DNA of 64,000 bases from Macrostomum lignano (GCA_002269645.1 NIVC01000083.1:372001-436000); one strand, 5' to 3'. Positions 35,510-48,640 are shown, numbered from the stretch's first letter. The notes: generated by a model from the letters alone, not told the origin. Numbers and translations: made by a program.

Positions 35510-37288
35510 TTAATAAACATAATTCTGCGGAGCTTCAGGCGGACAGAAGCGCAGTACGAAAGCGATAAAGCCGCGAATAATTGACTGGCCAATCTGGGGG
35601 CAGCTGGGCGACAGGCAGAATTGTTCGGCGCGAATTCGCAGATCTCTGAACACCGTGCGGTTGTAGGGATTTCGATTCGAACAGTAGCGCAAGATCAGAA
35701 ACTTGTAGTACAGGAACGGGGTGACAATGGAGCCATAGCCAGTGAACAGCATGAGAATAACTGCTGGCATTAGGAAGATCTCATTCAGAGCGATTAGGGT
35801 CAGGATGGTGCGCGTGTTGCGGTCGATGTAGCTGGTCAAGCGGAGCACCTGCGGTGGGTTTTTTGAGTTGCGGTAATTAGCACCTGGTTGCCTAGCAACT
35901 AAGGATCTGGGAGGCAGGTGGCCCAGCAACTGAGGATCTGGGAGGCTGGTCCAGAAACTGAGGATCTGGGAGGCTGGTCCAGAAACTGAGGATCTGGGAG
36001 GCTGGCCCAGCAACTGACACTCTGGGAGGCTGGCCCAGCAGCTGAGGATCTGGGAGGCTGGTCCAGCAACTGAGGATCTGGGAGGCTGGTCCAGCAACTG
36101 AGGATCTGGGAGGCTGGTCCAGAAAGTGACACTCTGGGAGGCTGGCCCAGCAACTGACACTGGGAGGCTGGCCCAGCAACTGAGGATCTGGGAGGCTGGT
36201 CCAGAAACTGACACTCTGGGAGGCTGGTCCAGAAACTGAGGATCTGGGAGGCTGGCCCAGCAACTGACACTCTGGGAGGCTGGCCCAGCAGCTGAGGATC
36301 TGGGAGGCTGGTCCAGCAACTGAGGATCTGGGAGGCTGGTCCAGCAACTGAGGATCTGGGAGGCTGGTCCAGAAAGAGACACTCTGGGAGGCTGGCCCAG
36401 CAACTGACACTGGGAGGCTGGCCCAGCAACTGAGGATCTGGGAGGCTGGTCCAGAAACTGACACTCTGGGAGGCTGGCCCAGCAACTGAGGATCTGGGAG
36501 GCTGGCCCAGCAACTGAGGATCTGGGAGGCTGGTCCAGAAACTGACACTCTGGGAGGCTGGCCCAGCAACTGACACTCTGGGAGGCTGGCCCAGCAACCG
36601 AAGATCGGTAGCCAGCAGCCATAACAGTGTAAGTCCGTGGGTTGAGTTGCAGCGAATAACAAAACGTGAGGAGACCTCACAGGCTCACGCCAATATATTT
36701 ATTGCCAAAGTTAGGGTGGGTGTAAGCACCCTAAGCACACACACGCCGCAGCGCTAAACCCCAACCCCCAAACCAGCCAGACGTGCGCATTTAAGTGCAC
36801 GCGCACCAACAAGCGAGACTACAACAGCAATGAACCCCGGCCCGCACCTGATCAGTCACAGGCAGCTGCTGCCTGGTCACCAGCTGCCTGGTGTACACGG
36901 TGGAGTGCAGCAAAGCGAACAGGAACACAGGGACCAAAGCCAGAGTGACCGGGGCAGGCGCCATAGCAAAGATGAGCACAAACAGCAGGTAGTGAGCATT
37001 ATCCTCAGCCAGCAGTCGCCGCATGCCGTCCATATTCATTGTGACGCCGGCCTCCCGAGCTCGGGTGTGCAGCTTCAAAGCGGAGGCGACGCCGTACGCT
37101 AACAGGGCCCTGGTGTGCCAGGCGGGCAGGGAGGTGAACAGGTACAGAACAGTGAACACCAGGGTGCCCAATCGGGCCATGTACATGAGAAAATCGTGGT
37201 TGCCGCCTCGACCAGCTGCTGGCTGCTGCTGCTGTTGCTGCTGCTGATTGCTTTCATCTACATGATCTCCACCTGCTTGTTGAGACAT
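35510..37288 (-). CDS. TMEM33: Transmembrane protein 33 (Pom33/UPF0121 family), ~259 aa
   Basis: Exon 37288-36848 (...LLAEDNAHYLLFVLIF...LALVPVFLFALLH...TDQ|gtgcgg) and exon 35848-35510 (ccgcag|VLRL...NEIFLMPAVILMLFTGYGSIVTPFLYYKFLILRYCSNRNPYNRTVFRDLR...). Both halves match TMEM33 motifs; phase 0. Confidence 0.9.
35905..36597. repeat. 28-bp minisatellite (CTGGGAGGCTGGCCCAGCAACTGAGGAT) in the TMEM33 intron
   Basis: About 25 units with variants CTGACACT and TCCAGAAA; explains ORFs 35892-36680 and the N-terminal part of 35510-36622. Confidence 0.95.
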
Positions 37289-37465
37289 CTCTAATTTTGA
37301 TTTCTTTACTTGTTTATGGCTGTTCTGTAGGTCAAATTTGAGATTGCAGTCACATGCAAGGAAGTAATAATTGTACTTAATGTTGCGTCTTATGAGCCTC
37401 TGACACATACAAGTTGCAGAAGTCTGCAGAATCTATGGTTGCAGACTATTTAAATTTGAGTTAAG

Positions 37466-37740
37466 CATGTTGCTCAATGACACAAATCGTTCCAAGTGGG
37501 CAAAGAATCGAACCCCTGACCTTTTAGTTGTAAGTCTGACACTAACCAATAGGCTACAACCCCTAGTTAATTCTCAACTCTTTATTGCTTCAGTTCACCC
37601 AGCTGTAAAATGGGTGCCAGCATTAGCAGGGGTAATTGAGGGTGCATGTGGCAACTGCGCCCCAAACCTTAGACTGAACAGCCATACACAGCCTTCAGAT
37701 GCATCTCTGCACATTAGAGCAGGTGCAATCAATTACTATT
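37466..37740. mobile_element. tRNA-derived SINE with its head inverted relative to its body
   Basis: 37466-37563 is the A/B-box head on the minus strand. 37567-37740 is the core and tail (ATTGCTTCAGTTCACCCAGCTGTAAAATGGGTGCCAGC...) on the plus strand. Confidence 0.65.
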
Positions 37741-38624
37741 ATTTTTATCAAATTCGACAATGGTAGAGAAGCAATCAAATCTAAAGAATCCTAATGATTA
37801 TAAAAGATAGTAACAAATAAAATTGCATTCAGCTTAGAAAAAAACAGGGTGCTATAAACAAAAGTTGATATATCATGGTAAATATTTTAAATTTAACACA
37901 AAACCTAGCTTGAGTTTTTATAGAATCCTAAGCGTAATATATTTGTTTTTTTAATATACAATTTTCTTACAGATAATTGTATTAATAATTAGTTATGGCT
38001 ATAGAAATTTATGGCGTCTATAATAATTAGTGTTTAAATACAACTATAATGGCTATAAATATTTTTGTAGAAAAGAAATGTTCTATTGTTTATAACTATG
38101 GAAATATGGCTTAGACTTACTTAGGTCAAAGCTGACTCAACTAGATCTTTTACTAGTCCATGTTATGGCTACATCCCTAATATCATTGCTAGGGGCCTAT
38201 GCTAATCAAAAATCATATATAGGCATATGATAATCATATTTTAAAAGTAACTATCCTCTATAGGAGGTAAACCTTTTTAAATAGCTATTTTCCATTATAA
38301 AATAAGCAAGAAAATATATTTTGCTTAACAATTTTGAAATTATTGAATAAATACCAAGGGTATCTAAAGTAGACTCTTTAGAAGGTCTTGGTAAATGCCA
38401 ATAAAAGACAGTCATTTTGTATATAGATAGAAAGTTTTGAATTCTATTTAAGGTATCAATAATAAACCTTCAAAATTTATAGTCTTTGCCTGCAGTGCTA
38501 AAAATTAAAAAGGTTGGTTAAACTAACAAAAAAATCTAAATAGGATTAGGGCCTAGTCTGAATATAAAATCATGCTTTTAATACTGTATAAAGTTAGTTG
38601 CTTCAGTATTTAGGACCTACAATT

Positions 38625-38945
38625 ATATTTATCTTTTTTATAGTTTACCTATATCCCTTTTTGCTGCCTTTTTAGTGCCTCTATATTCTATAGCTATGTG
38701 AAGTGTGCATCTTAGCAGTTTATAAGGCCTTTTTTCTAGGATATACCTGTTTTATAGCTAGTTTTCTTTGCATTTTCAATCTTTGCTTTAACAACTTGGC
38801 ATTATATTTTATAGCTTTAGCTTTTTGCTTATAGTCCTTACAGTCCTTAAGGGCTTTACAAACTGCTAAGATGCACACTTCACATAGCTATAGAGGCACT
38901 AAAAAGGTAGCAAAATGGGATATAGGAAAACTATAAAAAGATAAT
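38625..38945. mobile_element. Small fold-back/MITE-like element with ~110-bp inverted arms
   Basis: ATCTTTTTTATAGTTT.CCTATATCCC...TAGCTATGTGAAGTGTGCATCTTAGCAGTTT at ~38631-38725 is inverted at ~38855-38945; a partial third copy lies near 40240. Confidence 0.65.
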
Positions 38946-38977
38946 TAGCATGATAAGGCATTTATTTTAGCATTATA

Positions 38978-39782
38978 TGAGGGGTGTTTCAAAAGTAACA
39001 AGAATTTTGTTATAATTTTTGATTGGATAAATGTATGAACCTGAAATTTTCACCCAACAATTTTACATAAATGAACAACTAAAAGCTTTATATTTTAGGC
39101 CTTATATAGTTGCACGCAACTGTGTAATTGTAAATGAGAGTCTATGCCTCGAGAGTGAAGATTACAATTTTTGTCTATGGAAAAGACTCAAAAAAGTTTA
39201 AAATTTGAAGGCTTTTAAACTTCTGCTAAATTTGGCTACTTTTCATAAGGGCCCACTCTTTCTGCTTTCTATGGGCAAAGTTTCTTGGGAATAATCTTGC
39301 AGTTTTGAGCTGCATGGCATTCCTGGTTAAAGTTGCAATTTCTGACTGATGTGGCCACAGAATATTCTATAAAAGTGGCTCAAACTTTTTCCAACTGAGA
39401 CTATGGATAGTCTGAAAATGTCGTAAGTTTTTTAGGAGAAGGAAATTAACAAAACTAGTGCATCATTGCGAGAAGGGTATCTAGATGAATGTAACTTTGT
39501 AGAGCTTGCTGAAATTGCTAAAGAAATAAAAAATTATGCAAGATTTTTGACTTAAAACACATTTAAACTTGGTTACTTTTGCCATAGACAAGAATCAAAA
39601 TTTAAAATTTGGAGGCATGATCTTCTATTTACAATTACACAGTTGCATGCAGCAATAAAAGGCTTAAAATAAAGCTATTAGTTGTTCATATGTAAAAAAT
39701 TGTTGGGTGAAAATTTCAGGTTCATACATTTATCCAATCAAAAGTTATAACAAAATTCTCGTTACTTTTGAAACACCCCTCA
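38978..39782. mobile_element. Tc1/mariner-type MITE, 805 bp
   Basis: TA|TGAGGGGTGTTTCAAAAGTAAC ... GTTACTTTTGAAACACCCCTCA|TA, with imperfect TIRs of ~190 bp and a TA TSD. Confidence 0.9.
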
Positions 39783-41804
39783 TAGGTACTGATTTTTGTG
39801 CCAAAGGCACTCATTTTAATAACAAAGGCATAATATTTTGGCACATTGAAGAAAAATTATTGATTACCACAAAAGGTCACAAGGTGAGATGGGGCTAGGG
39901 AGATAAAGCTTTTATTAGGGGAGATAACTCTACCTCCCAATATAGTAATGTGCTTACATTAGATGCTGTCTACCATTATCAAGGCCAAAATATCAAATGA
40001 CCCTTGCTTGAGTACAATTAGATTAGATGGCATGGCTAGGCCTATTTTGTAATTAGTTTTATATAATAAATTATTTCTAGTTAAAATAATAATAACTACT
40101 ATAATAGTAAAAATAATAACCTTTTAAGCTTAGTAAGTAATAGAATAATAAAAAACAAATTTAATATTATTGAATACCTAGTTTTATTTAAATGCATATA
40201 AACAATTTTAGGCAATTAGACCTATTTAAATATAATTCTAATTATCTTTTTATAGTTTGCCTATATCCTATTTTTGCTGTCTTTTAAATTTTAGGCCCAG
40301 TGCTTTTATAACTATATAAAGTACCTATAATACTTAAATACTAAAATGGGTGCTTGTAGCAACAAAAAAGTGCCTATATTGCCAAAATGAGTGCTTACAA
40401 TGCTAAATTGAAAGCTTGCAATGCCAAAATGAGTGCTTGCGGTGCCAAAAAGAGGTGCCTATGGCATTAAAATGAATAGGCCTAGGCCTATCTATAACTG
40501 CAAGCTGTAGCACCAAAATCAGTAGTGATAAAATGATTCTCAAAATAATAAAAATGAAGCCTGAAGGAATTTAGTCATGGGATAGGCCTATACAGGTTGA
40601 ATTCTTTGCTTTGTCTCTCCTACCATAAAATCCATGGTAATGTCCCTAACATAGTATAATGACATTGTATTAGAGAAATTTGCTAGGGCCTAAGATATTG
40701 GCAATGGCAATGGCATAGAAAGACAAACACAAGAATCTAGACAAGAAATAGTTTCTAGATAATGGGGCCTAAAATAGGCCTAGGCTCTAAAAAGGGATAC
40801 TTGATACTAATAGTTGATAGCTACTAGGTGCCATAGGTGGTTAAATCTTTCTAATTTCAATGATAGGACCTAGCCGCCTAGGCCTAGCTAAATTTGGCAA
40901 CAAAGTTACTGACCACTGACTGACCCATAAATTCTATACCAGCCAAGTTTTGGTTTAAAAAATTGCATTGATTTGATAGCTTCATATATATCATGTTGGC
41001 CAACACTAGGCCCTAACAGCCACAGGAATTTGGCTAGGCCTATCTGTATAGTAGGGCCTACTCTAGTCAAAATCAAACAAAAACTATGAAGCAACAAAAT
41101 GCTAAAGTTAAAAATCTAAACAAATAATTGAAATACGATAGGCCTATGTAGTGCACAGATTCAAATACATACAGGACAGGAGTTGAAGATACAACACTGT
41201 CACTGACTGACAGTCAGTAGGCCTACCTATGTATGTATGTATATTATATTGACTCTAGCTACTATCAAGTTGTTGATGAGATGTTTGATTTTTTAATCTA
41301 ACCGATTACTTTATGTATGTATGGACAGAATTATATGCCTAATTATGCCTACCGGCGGCGGGCGGTGGCTATACAGAGAAAAGAATGTAAAATATCGAAT
41401 TCGTTTATGATTTCAGGACTCAATGAAAAAAAAAATTTTTGTATTTTTTGTTTACATTTTAAAACAAAACTAAACGGACGCCCTAGTTAGATAGAATTAC
41501 TTAGCTTAAATCCCCGTTTTAGGTTTAATAATAGTTTTTTAAACAGATTTTGAAGACCGAGAAGGCAAGCCTGCGCGGCAAATTCTCTGCACTAAGCTCA
41601 CGTTCATGTATACGGCGGTCTCTCATGCTTGGATATCCAGGACAGAATTTTCACTCACTTGGTTAGTCCTTGACCCAATGAATGTTATTTTTAAGCTTAC
41701 CTTACACTCAATTTTTCGTTAGTACCAATTTCATGTCATAAATATGCAGAGTACACGTATAGTATATAAGTGTGTATGAATTATATCCATGCATGTCCCT
41801 GATC

Positions 41805-42870
41805 GTCCTTCGAGCCTATACCGGCGGGTCCCGCAGCAGCTAATCGACGCTGTCATGTCGCTGTTTTGTGATACTCGAGCTGCTGTGGTGACGGCGGACG
41901 GCCTGTATGACCTGTTCGACACCTTATCAGGAGTTCTGCAGTTGACACACTATCGCCGTTCCTCTTTGTGCTACTGCTGAACTGGATGGTTCGGACCCAC
42001 TCCCCTCGGCTGACGACGGCTTCCTGCTGCGCCAACGGCCTCGCCCTCCTGTCCTCGTTCGTCGAAGGTGCCCAGCGCGCCAGATCGATCGCAGGCTGCT
42101 GGTCGAGGTGGCATCGAGCGTCGGTCTGTCATGGTTACCCGTCAAGGGTCCATGAGAATTGCCCGCAGACAAATTGCCCGCCGAGATTTGCCCGCAGGAG
42201 ATTTGCCCGTGGAGATTTGCCCGCCGAGCTTCTCCCGCGGAGATTTGCCCGCAGTGCATTTTGCCCGTGAGCGAATTGCCCGTGGAGATTTGCCCGCCGA
42301 GATTTGCCCGCAGTGCCCAGCGAGCGAGCGAGTTGCCCTTAATTTGCCCGCGAGCGAGTTGCCCGCCGAGTTTTTTCCCACCGAGGTTTGCCCGCAATGC
42401 TTTCTTACTGCAGCGCATTTGGCAGCTAGATTCTGTCTGCATTGCCCCCCCCCCCAAAAAAAATATGCATTTGATATGCAGTTACTATCAAAACGTTTTG
42501 ATCGTGTTAATCTCTTTATTAAGATTTAAATGTACTAAGCATTGGGAAGGCAATGCAGACAAAATCTGCCGCGTGGCTAAATGCGCTGCAGTAAAAAACC
42601 ATTGCAGGCAAACCTCGGCGGGAAAAAACTCGGCGGGCAACTCGCTCGCGGGCAAAATGCACTGCGGGCAAATCTCCGCGGGAAAAGCTCGGCGGGCAAA
42701 TCTCCACGGGCAAATCTCCTGCGGGCAAATCTCGGCGGGCAATTTGTCTGCGGGCATTTCTCGTGCTCCCCAAAACGCTGTCCGACCGGCAGAGGGCTCG
42801 GCTGTGACAGGCGGTGGTCGAAACCGTCCTGCTATATAACGCCGAAACGTGGACGCTGACGGCTACTGTA
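41805..42870 (+). pseudogene. Decayed RTE-type non-LTR retrotransposon reverse transcriptase fragment, interrupted by a MITE
   Basis: Frameshifted LRAY-RVPQQLIDAVMSLFCDTRAAVVTADG...SGVLQ-DTLSPFLFVLLLNWMVRT (RT GVxQGDxLxP motif), resuming after the MITE as AVVETVLLYNAETWTLT. Confidence 0.8.
42146..42770. mobile_element. Fold-back MITE (PIF/Harbinger-like: GGG termini, 3-bp TSD), 625 bp
   Basis: Long inverted arms built from TTTGCCCGC repeats (~42146-42445 vs ~42549-42770), with CAA on both sides (42143-45, 42771-73). Confidence 0.85.
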
Positions 42871-42884
42871 CATGTAGCTGGAGC

Positions 42885-43610
42885 GTCAGTAGAGAAGGAA
42901 GAGAAATAGAGAAGAGAATATAGGAGAAGAGAGGACGAGAGGAGAAGAGAGGACGAGAGGAGAAGAGAGGACGAGAGGAGAAGAGAGGACGAGAGGAGAA
43001 GAGAGGACGAGAGGAGAAGAGAGGACGAGAGGAGAAGAGAGGACGAGAGGAGAAGAGAGGACGAGAGGAGAAGAGAGGACGAGAGGAGAAGAGAGGACGA
43101 GAGGAGAAGAGAGGACGAGAGGAGAAGAGAGGACGAGAGGAGAAGAGAGGACGAGAGGAGAAGAGAGGACGAGAGGAGAAGAGAGGACGAGAGGAGAAGA
43201 GAGGACGAGAGGAGAAGAGAGGACGAGAGGAGAAGAGAGGACGAGAGGAGAAGAGAGGACGAGAGGAGAAGAGAGGACGAGAGGAGAAGAGAGGACGAGA
43301 GGAGAAGAGAGGACGAGAGGAGAAGAGAGGACGAGAGGAGAAGAGAGGACGAGAGGAGAAGAGAGGACGAGAGGAGAAGAGAGGACGAGAGGAGAAGAGA
43401 GGACGAGAGGAGAAGAGAGGACGAGAGGAGAAGAGAGATGAAATCGGCGAGGAGAGAGAAGGGAGAGGACAGAAGAGAGAGGGGAGGGAACAGGAGAGGA
43501 GAGGAGAGGAGAGAAGACAGAGAAGAAAGAATGGAGAGGAGAGAAGAGGAGAGGAGAGGAGAGGAGAGGAGAGAGGAGAGAGGAGAGGAGAGAGGAGAGA
43601 GGAGAGGCGC
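42885..43610. repeat. 18-bp purine repeat (GAGAGGAGAAGAGAGGAC) with AG-rich flanks
   Basis: About 28 perfect copies; source of ORFs 42519-43730 and 42863-43627. Confidence 0.95.
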
Positions 43611-44314
43611 AAGCCTTGAGAGAGCATCCGGCTCTCTCACAGAGCTATTGCAAAGTTTCAAAGGACCCCGAGGGCCGGATGGAGAGGCATGTGGCCCACA
43701 GGCCGGAGTTAGCCGACCCCTGATTTGCAATGTAAATTTAATTTGCAGCCAGTTCCGTTTGACATTTTAGCTACATGTACATTTACTAGAAGTAGTGCGC
43801 ATAGAAAATATATTCTAAATTTGTCAAATTCAGTAGCTATATGCGCACGTTCGAATATAGCAATGAGGCTTGATAATATTTTAAATGAGATACACTGTAT
43901 CTGTTTCTACGAAAGGACCCAGCTCACACTCAAGTAGAAGCAGAATGCTATCCTTTAATTACTATTTGATTTGCATGCGCAGAGTCTATAGAAAGTCTTT
44001 CTAGACTTTAATCTTGTTTATCAGTTGACAGTACCAAAGCTTTATCTAGATTCATTAGAAGATTTTAGCAGCGAGTTTTAAATTCAATTTTGTTGTCAGC
44101 GGCATGCGCTAGCTCCGTTTTGATAAAGTTTATGTTTAGTGCATGCTATTGCAATGCTTGACTGCTTGTGTGTCCATTAATTATACTGTTCTGTGGAATA
44201 AACAGAAGCTGATCGAGGAGTTAGGGCTATCAACTGTTAGCAGTGAGCATTAGAAGGTCAAAGGGAGAAGGGAGAATTTACGAGCGTCCAGTGACAGTCT
44301 GGAGGCTTGGGGGA

Positions 44315-44800
44315 GAATTGTGGTGACAATCTGAAGGATTAAGGGGGAATTGCGGTGACAATCTGAAGGATTAAGGGGGAATTGCGGTGACAATCTGAAA
44401 GATTAAGGGGGAATTGCGGTGACAATCTGAAGGATTGGGGAAGGAATTGCGGTGACAATCTGAAGGATTGGGGAAGGAATTGCGGTGACAATCTGAAAGA
44501 TTGGGGAAGGAATTGCGGTGACAATCTGAAGGATTAAGGGGGAATTGCGGTGACAATCTGAAGGATTGGGGAAGGAATTGCGGTGACAATCTGAAAGATT
44601 AAGGGGGAATTGCGGTGACAATCTGAAGGATTAAGGGGGAATTGCGGTGACAATCTGAAAGATTAAGGGGGAATTGCGGTGACAATCTGAAGGATTGGGG
44701 AAGGAATTGCGGTGACAATCTGAAGGATTGGGGAAGGAATTGCGGTGACAATCTGAAGGATTGGGGAAGGAATTGCGGTGACAATCTGAAGGATTGGGGA
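44315..44800. repeat. 32/33-bp minisatellite (GGGGAATTGCGGTGACAATCTGAAGGATTAAG)
   Basis: About 15 tandem copies. Confidence 0.9.
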
Positions 44801-45319
44801 CTTTCAAAAGAGGGAATTCAAATGACCAGAACTTCATGGCACTAAACAGAGCGCTTGATAAAAATTGAAATTTGAGATAATTCTACACACACGGGATCAT
44901 TGCAGCTTGCATTGAGAAGTGCTCAAACGTAAGATTTTCTCACGTCATCATGCTCAATATAGATAGGAGGGTAAATACAGACTGAAAGCTCGAATTTCTC
45001 TGTAGACTCTTACCCCCCACCCCCCCTTAATAGCCAGGTGGCACATGGGTCACCTTTTCTCTAATAGTATAATAATTGTGCTCCGGCTCTGTGCAGCATA
45101 TCTCTGCTTTACTTGCTTGCGGCAGTTGCTTGACAGACTGCAGTTATAGCGGTCTGCAAACTGCCACTTCAGCTATTTTCTGGGGTGGGGTGGTGGTGTA
45201 GGGTGCAGCTGAGAGACAGACCGGCAGTCAGTTGGGGCGCAAGGACACCTTAAACTGCAGATCTAGACAAGGAAACAGGGGCCTTTAGCTGTTTTTGTTT
45301 GACTGTAGAATAGCTTGAC

Positions 45320-46410
45320 TTATCTTGGCGCCCCTCTTGCAGTAGCTTTGGCGCCACTTGCAGTAGCTTTGGTGCCACTTGCAGTAGCTTTGGTGCCACT
45401 TGCAGTAGCTTTGGCGCCACTTGCAGTAGCTTTGGTGCCACTTGCAGTAGCTTTGGTGCCACTTGCAGTAGCTTTGGCGCCTCCTTGCAGTAGCTTTGGC
45501 GCCCCCTTGCAGTAGCTTTGGCGCCACTTGCAGTAGCTTTGGCGCCCCCTTGCAGTAGCTTTGGCGCCACTTGCAGTAGCTTTGGCGCCACTTGCAGTAG
45601 CTTTGGCGCCACTTGCAGTAGCTTTGGCGCCACTTGCAGTAGCTTTGGCGCCCCCTTGCAAGCTTTGGCACCCCCTTGCAGTAGATTAATTTGGCGCCCC
45701 CTTGCAGTAGATTAATTTGGCGCCCCCTTGCAGTAGATTAATTTGGCGCCCCCTTGCAGTAGATTAATTTGGCGCCCCCTTGCAGTAGATTAATTTGGCG
45801 CCCCCTTGCAGTAGATTAATTTTGCGCCCCCTTGCAGTAGATTAATTTGGCGCCCCCTTGCAGTAGATTAATTTGGCGCCCCCTTGCAGTAGATTAATTT
45901 GGCGCCCCCTTGCAGCAGATTAATTTGGCGCCCCCTTGCAGTAGATTAATTTGGCGCCCCCTTGCAGTAGATTAATTTGGCGCCCCCTTGCAGTAGATTA
46001 ATTTGGCGCCCCCTTGCAGTAGATTAATTTGGCGCCCCTTGCAGTAGCTTTGGCGCCCCCTTGCAGTAGATTAATTTGGCGCCCCCATGCAGTAGATTAA
46101 TTTGGCGCCCCTATGCAGTAGATTAATTTGGCGCCCCCATGCAGTAGATTAATTTGGCGCCCCCATGCAGTAGATTAATTTGGCGCCCTAATGCAGTAGA
46201 TTAATTTGGCGCCCCCATGCAGTAGATTAATTTGGCGCCCCCATGCAGTAGATTAATTTGGCGCCCCCATGCAGTAGATTAATTTGGCGCCCCCTTGCAG
46301 CAGATTAATTTGGCGCCCCCATGCAGTAGATTAATTTGGCGCCCCCATGCAGTAGATTAATTTGGCGCCCCCTTGCAGTAGATTAATTTGGCGCCCCCAT
46401 GCAGTAGCTT
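45320..46410. repeat. Compound 21-bp (TTGGCGCCACTTGCAGTAGCT) and 26-bp (TTGGCGCCCCCTTGCAGTAGATTAAT) array
   Basis: 21-bp units up to ~45680, then 26-bp derivatives. Confidence 0.95.
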
Positions 46411-46689
46411 TGGCTTTCCAGACTGTATCTTTAGAACTCCCCGGTCTGAGGGTCTGATAGCTCTCCAACTCTCACCCTCGGTCTCTGCCTGTCCCTGAGA
46501 AAATAGTGTTGTTGATTAGCGTTTTACTGGTGGCATGCGTGTTGACACAAGTATAATTTATTATGCCGTTAAATTTATTATGCATATGTATAAACTGCGC
46601 AATGTTGTTCAAGAATTTTTTTAAATTATGGCTGTAGCGGAGCGCCAAATGTATTCTCACCAACTCTCACTCCACCTCTCACTGTCTCG

Positions 46690-46714
46690 CCTCACCTTAT
46701 CTCGCTCCACCTCT

Positions 46715-46777
<63 letters not shown>

Positions 46778-46899
46778 ACTTGCCCTGACGAAGAAATATA
46801 AAGAAATATAATAATCTCGAAACATCGGCAATTCAATTAAACTGACTTTCTTCAGTCCTTTGTACCGTTACCGTGTCAGTGCCTGAGATTGGAGGTGCC

Positions 46900-46937
<38 letters not shown>

Positions 46938-47110
46938 TCTCTGTGTGTCTCTCTCTCTCTCTGTCTCTCTCTCTCTCTGTCTCTCTCTCTCTGTCTCTCT
47001 CTCTCTCTGTCTCTCTCTCTCTCTGTCTCTCTCTCTCTGTCTCTCTCTCTGTCTCTCTCTCTCTCTGTCTCTCTCTCTCTCTGTCTCTCTCTCTCTCTGT
47101 CTCTCACTCC

Positions 47111-47192
<82 letters not shown>

Positions 47193-47264
47193 ATCTCTCT
47201 CTTCCTCTCTGTCTCTCTCTCTGTCTCTCTCTCTATCTCTCTCTTCCTCTCTGTCTCTCACTCC

Positions 47265-47328
<64 letters not shown>

Positions 47329-47401
47329 ATCTCTCTCTTCCTCTCTGTCTCTCTCTCTGTCTCTCTCTCTATCTCTCTCTTCCTCTCTGTCTCTCTCTCT
47401 G

Positions 47402-47477
<76 letters not shown>

Positions 47478-47862
47478 CTGTGTGTCTCTCTCTCTCTCTG
47501 TCTCTCTCTCTCTCTGTCTCTCTCTCTCTCTGTCTCTCTCTCTCTCTCTGTCTCTCTCTCTGTCTCTCTCTCTCTCTGTCTGTCTCTCTCTTTGTCTCTC
47601 TCTCTCTGTCTCTCTCTCTGTCTCTCTCTCTCTCTGTCTCTCTCTCTCTCTGTCTCTCTCTCTCTCTGTCTCTCTTTCTGTCTCTCACTCTCTCTGTCTC
47701 TCTCTCTCTCTGTCTCTCTCTCTGTCTCTCACTCCCTCTCTGTCTCTCTCTCTCTCTGTCTCTCTCTCTCTCTGTCTCTCTCTCTATCTCTCTCTTCCTC
47801 TCTGTCTCTCTCTCTGTCTCTCTCTCTCTCTGTCTCTCACTCCCTCTCTGTCTCTCTCTCTG

Positions 47863-47943
<81 letters not shown>

Positions 47944-48060
47944 CTCCCTCTCTGTCTCTCTCTCTGTCTCTCTCTCTATCTCTCTCTTCCTCTCTGTCTC
48001 TCTCTCTCTCTCTGTCTCTCACTCTATCTCTCTCTTCCTCTCTGTCTCTCTCTCTCTCTG

Positions 48061-48093
<33 letters not shown>

Positions 48094-48136
48094 GTCTCTC
48101 ACTCCCTCTCTGTCTCTCTCTCTCTCTCTCTGTCTG

Positions 48137-48167
<31 letters not shown>

Positions 48168-48228
48168 ATCTCTCTCTTCCTCTCTGTCTCTGTCTCTCTG
48201 TCTCTCTCTCTCTCTCTGTCTCTCTCTC

Positions 48229-48272
<44 letters not shown>

Positions 48273-48362
48273 TCTGTCTCTCACTCCCTCTCTGTCTCTC
48301 TCTCTCTCTCTGTCTCTCTCTCTCTCTGTCTCTCACTCCCTCTCTGTCTCTCTCTCTCTCTG

Positions 48363-48395
<33 letters not shown>

Positions 48396-48432
48396 ATCTC
48401 TCTCTTCCTCTCTGTCTCTCTCTCTCTCTCTG

Positions 48433-48465
<33 letters not shown>

Positions 48466-48562
48466 ATCTCTCTCTTCCTCTCTGTCTCTCTCTCTCTCTG
48501 TGTCTCTCTCTCTGTCTCTCACTCCCTCTCTGTCTCTCTCTCTGTCTCTCACTCCCTGTCTG

Positions 48563-48597
<35 letters not shown>

Positions 48598-48640
48598 TTC
48601 TCTTTCTCTCTCTCTCCCTGTCTGTCTCTCTCTCTTTCAC
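46690..48640. repeat. Interrupted (CT)n microsatellite field
   Basis: About 1.8 kb of CT with GT/AT/CAC interruptions; source of the SL- and RE-rich ORFs. Confidence 0.95.

Noticed and set aside
35510-36680. 370-aa, 262-aa and 232-aa proline-rich ORFs
   Set aside because: Only the last 112 aa are real (TMEM33 exon 2); the rest is read-through of the 28-bp intronic array.
43620-43722. hAT-Charlie-like 3' end (GGCCGGAGTTAGCCGACCCCTG)
   Set aside because: No matching 5' terminus or TSD was found in the window, so it is too incomplete to call.
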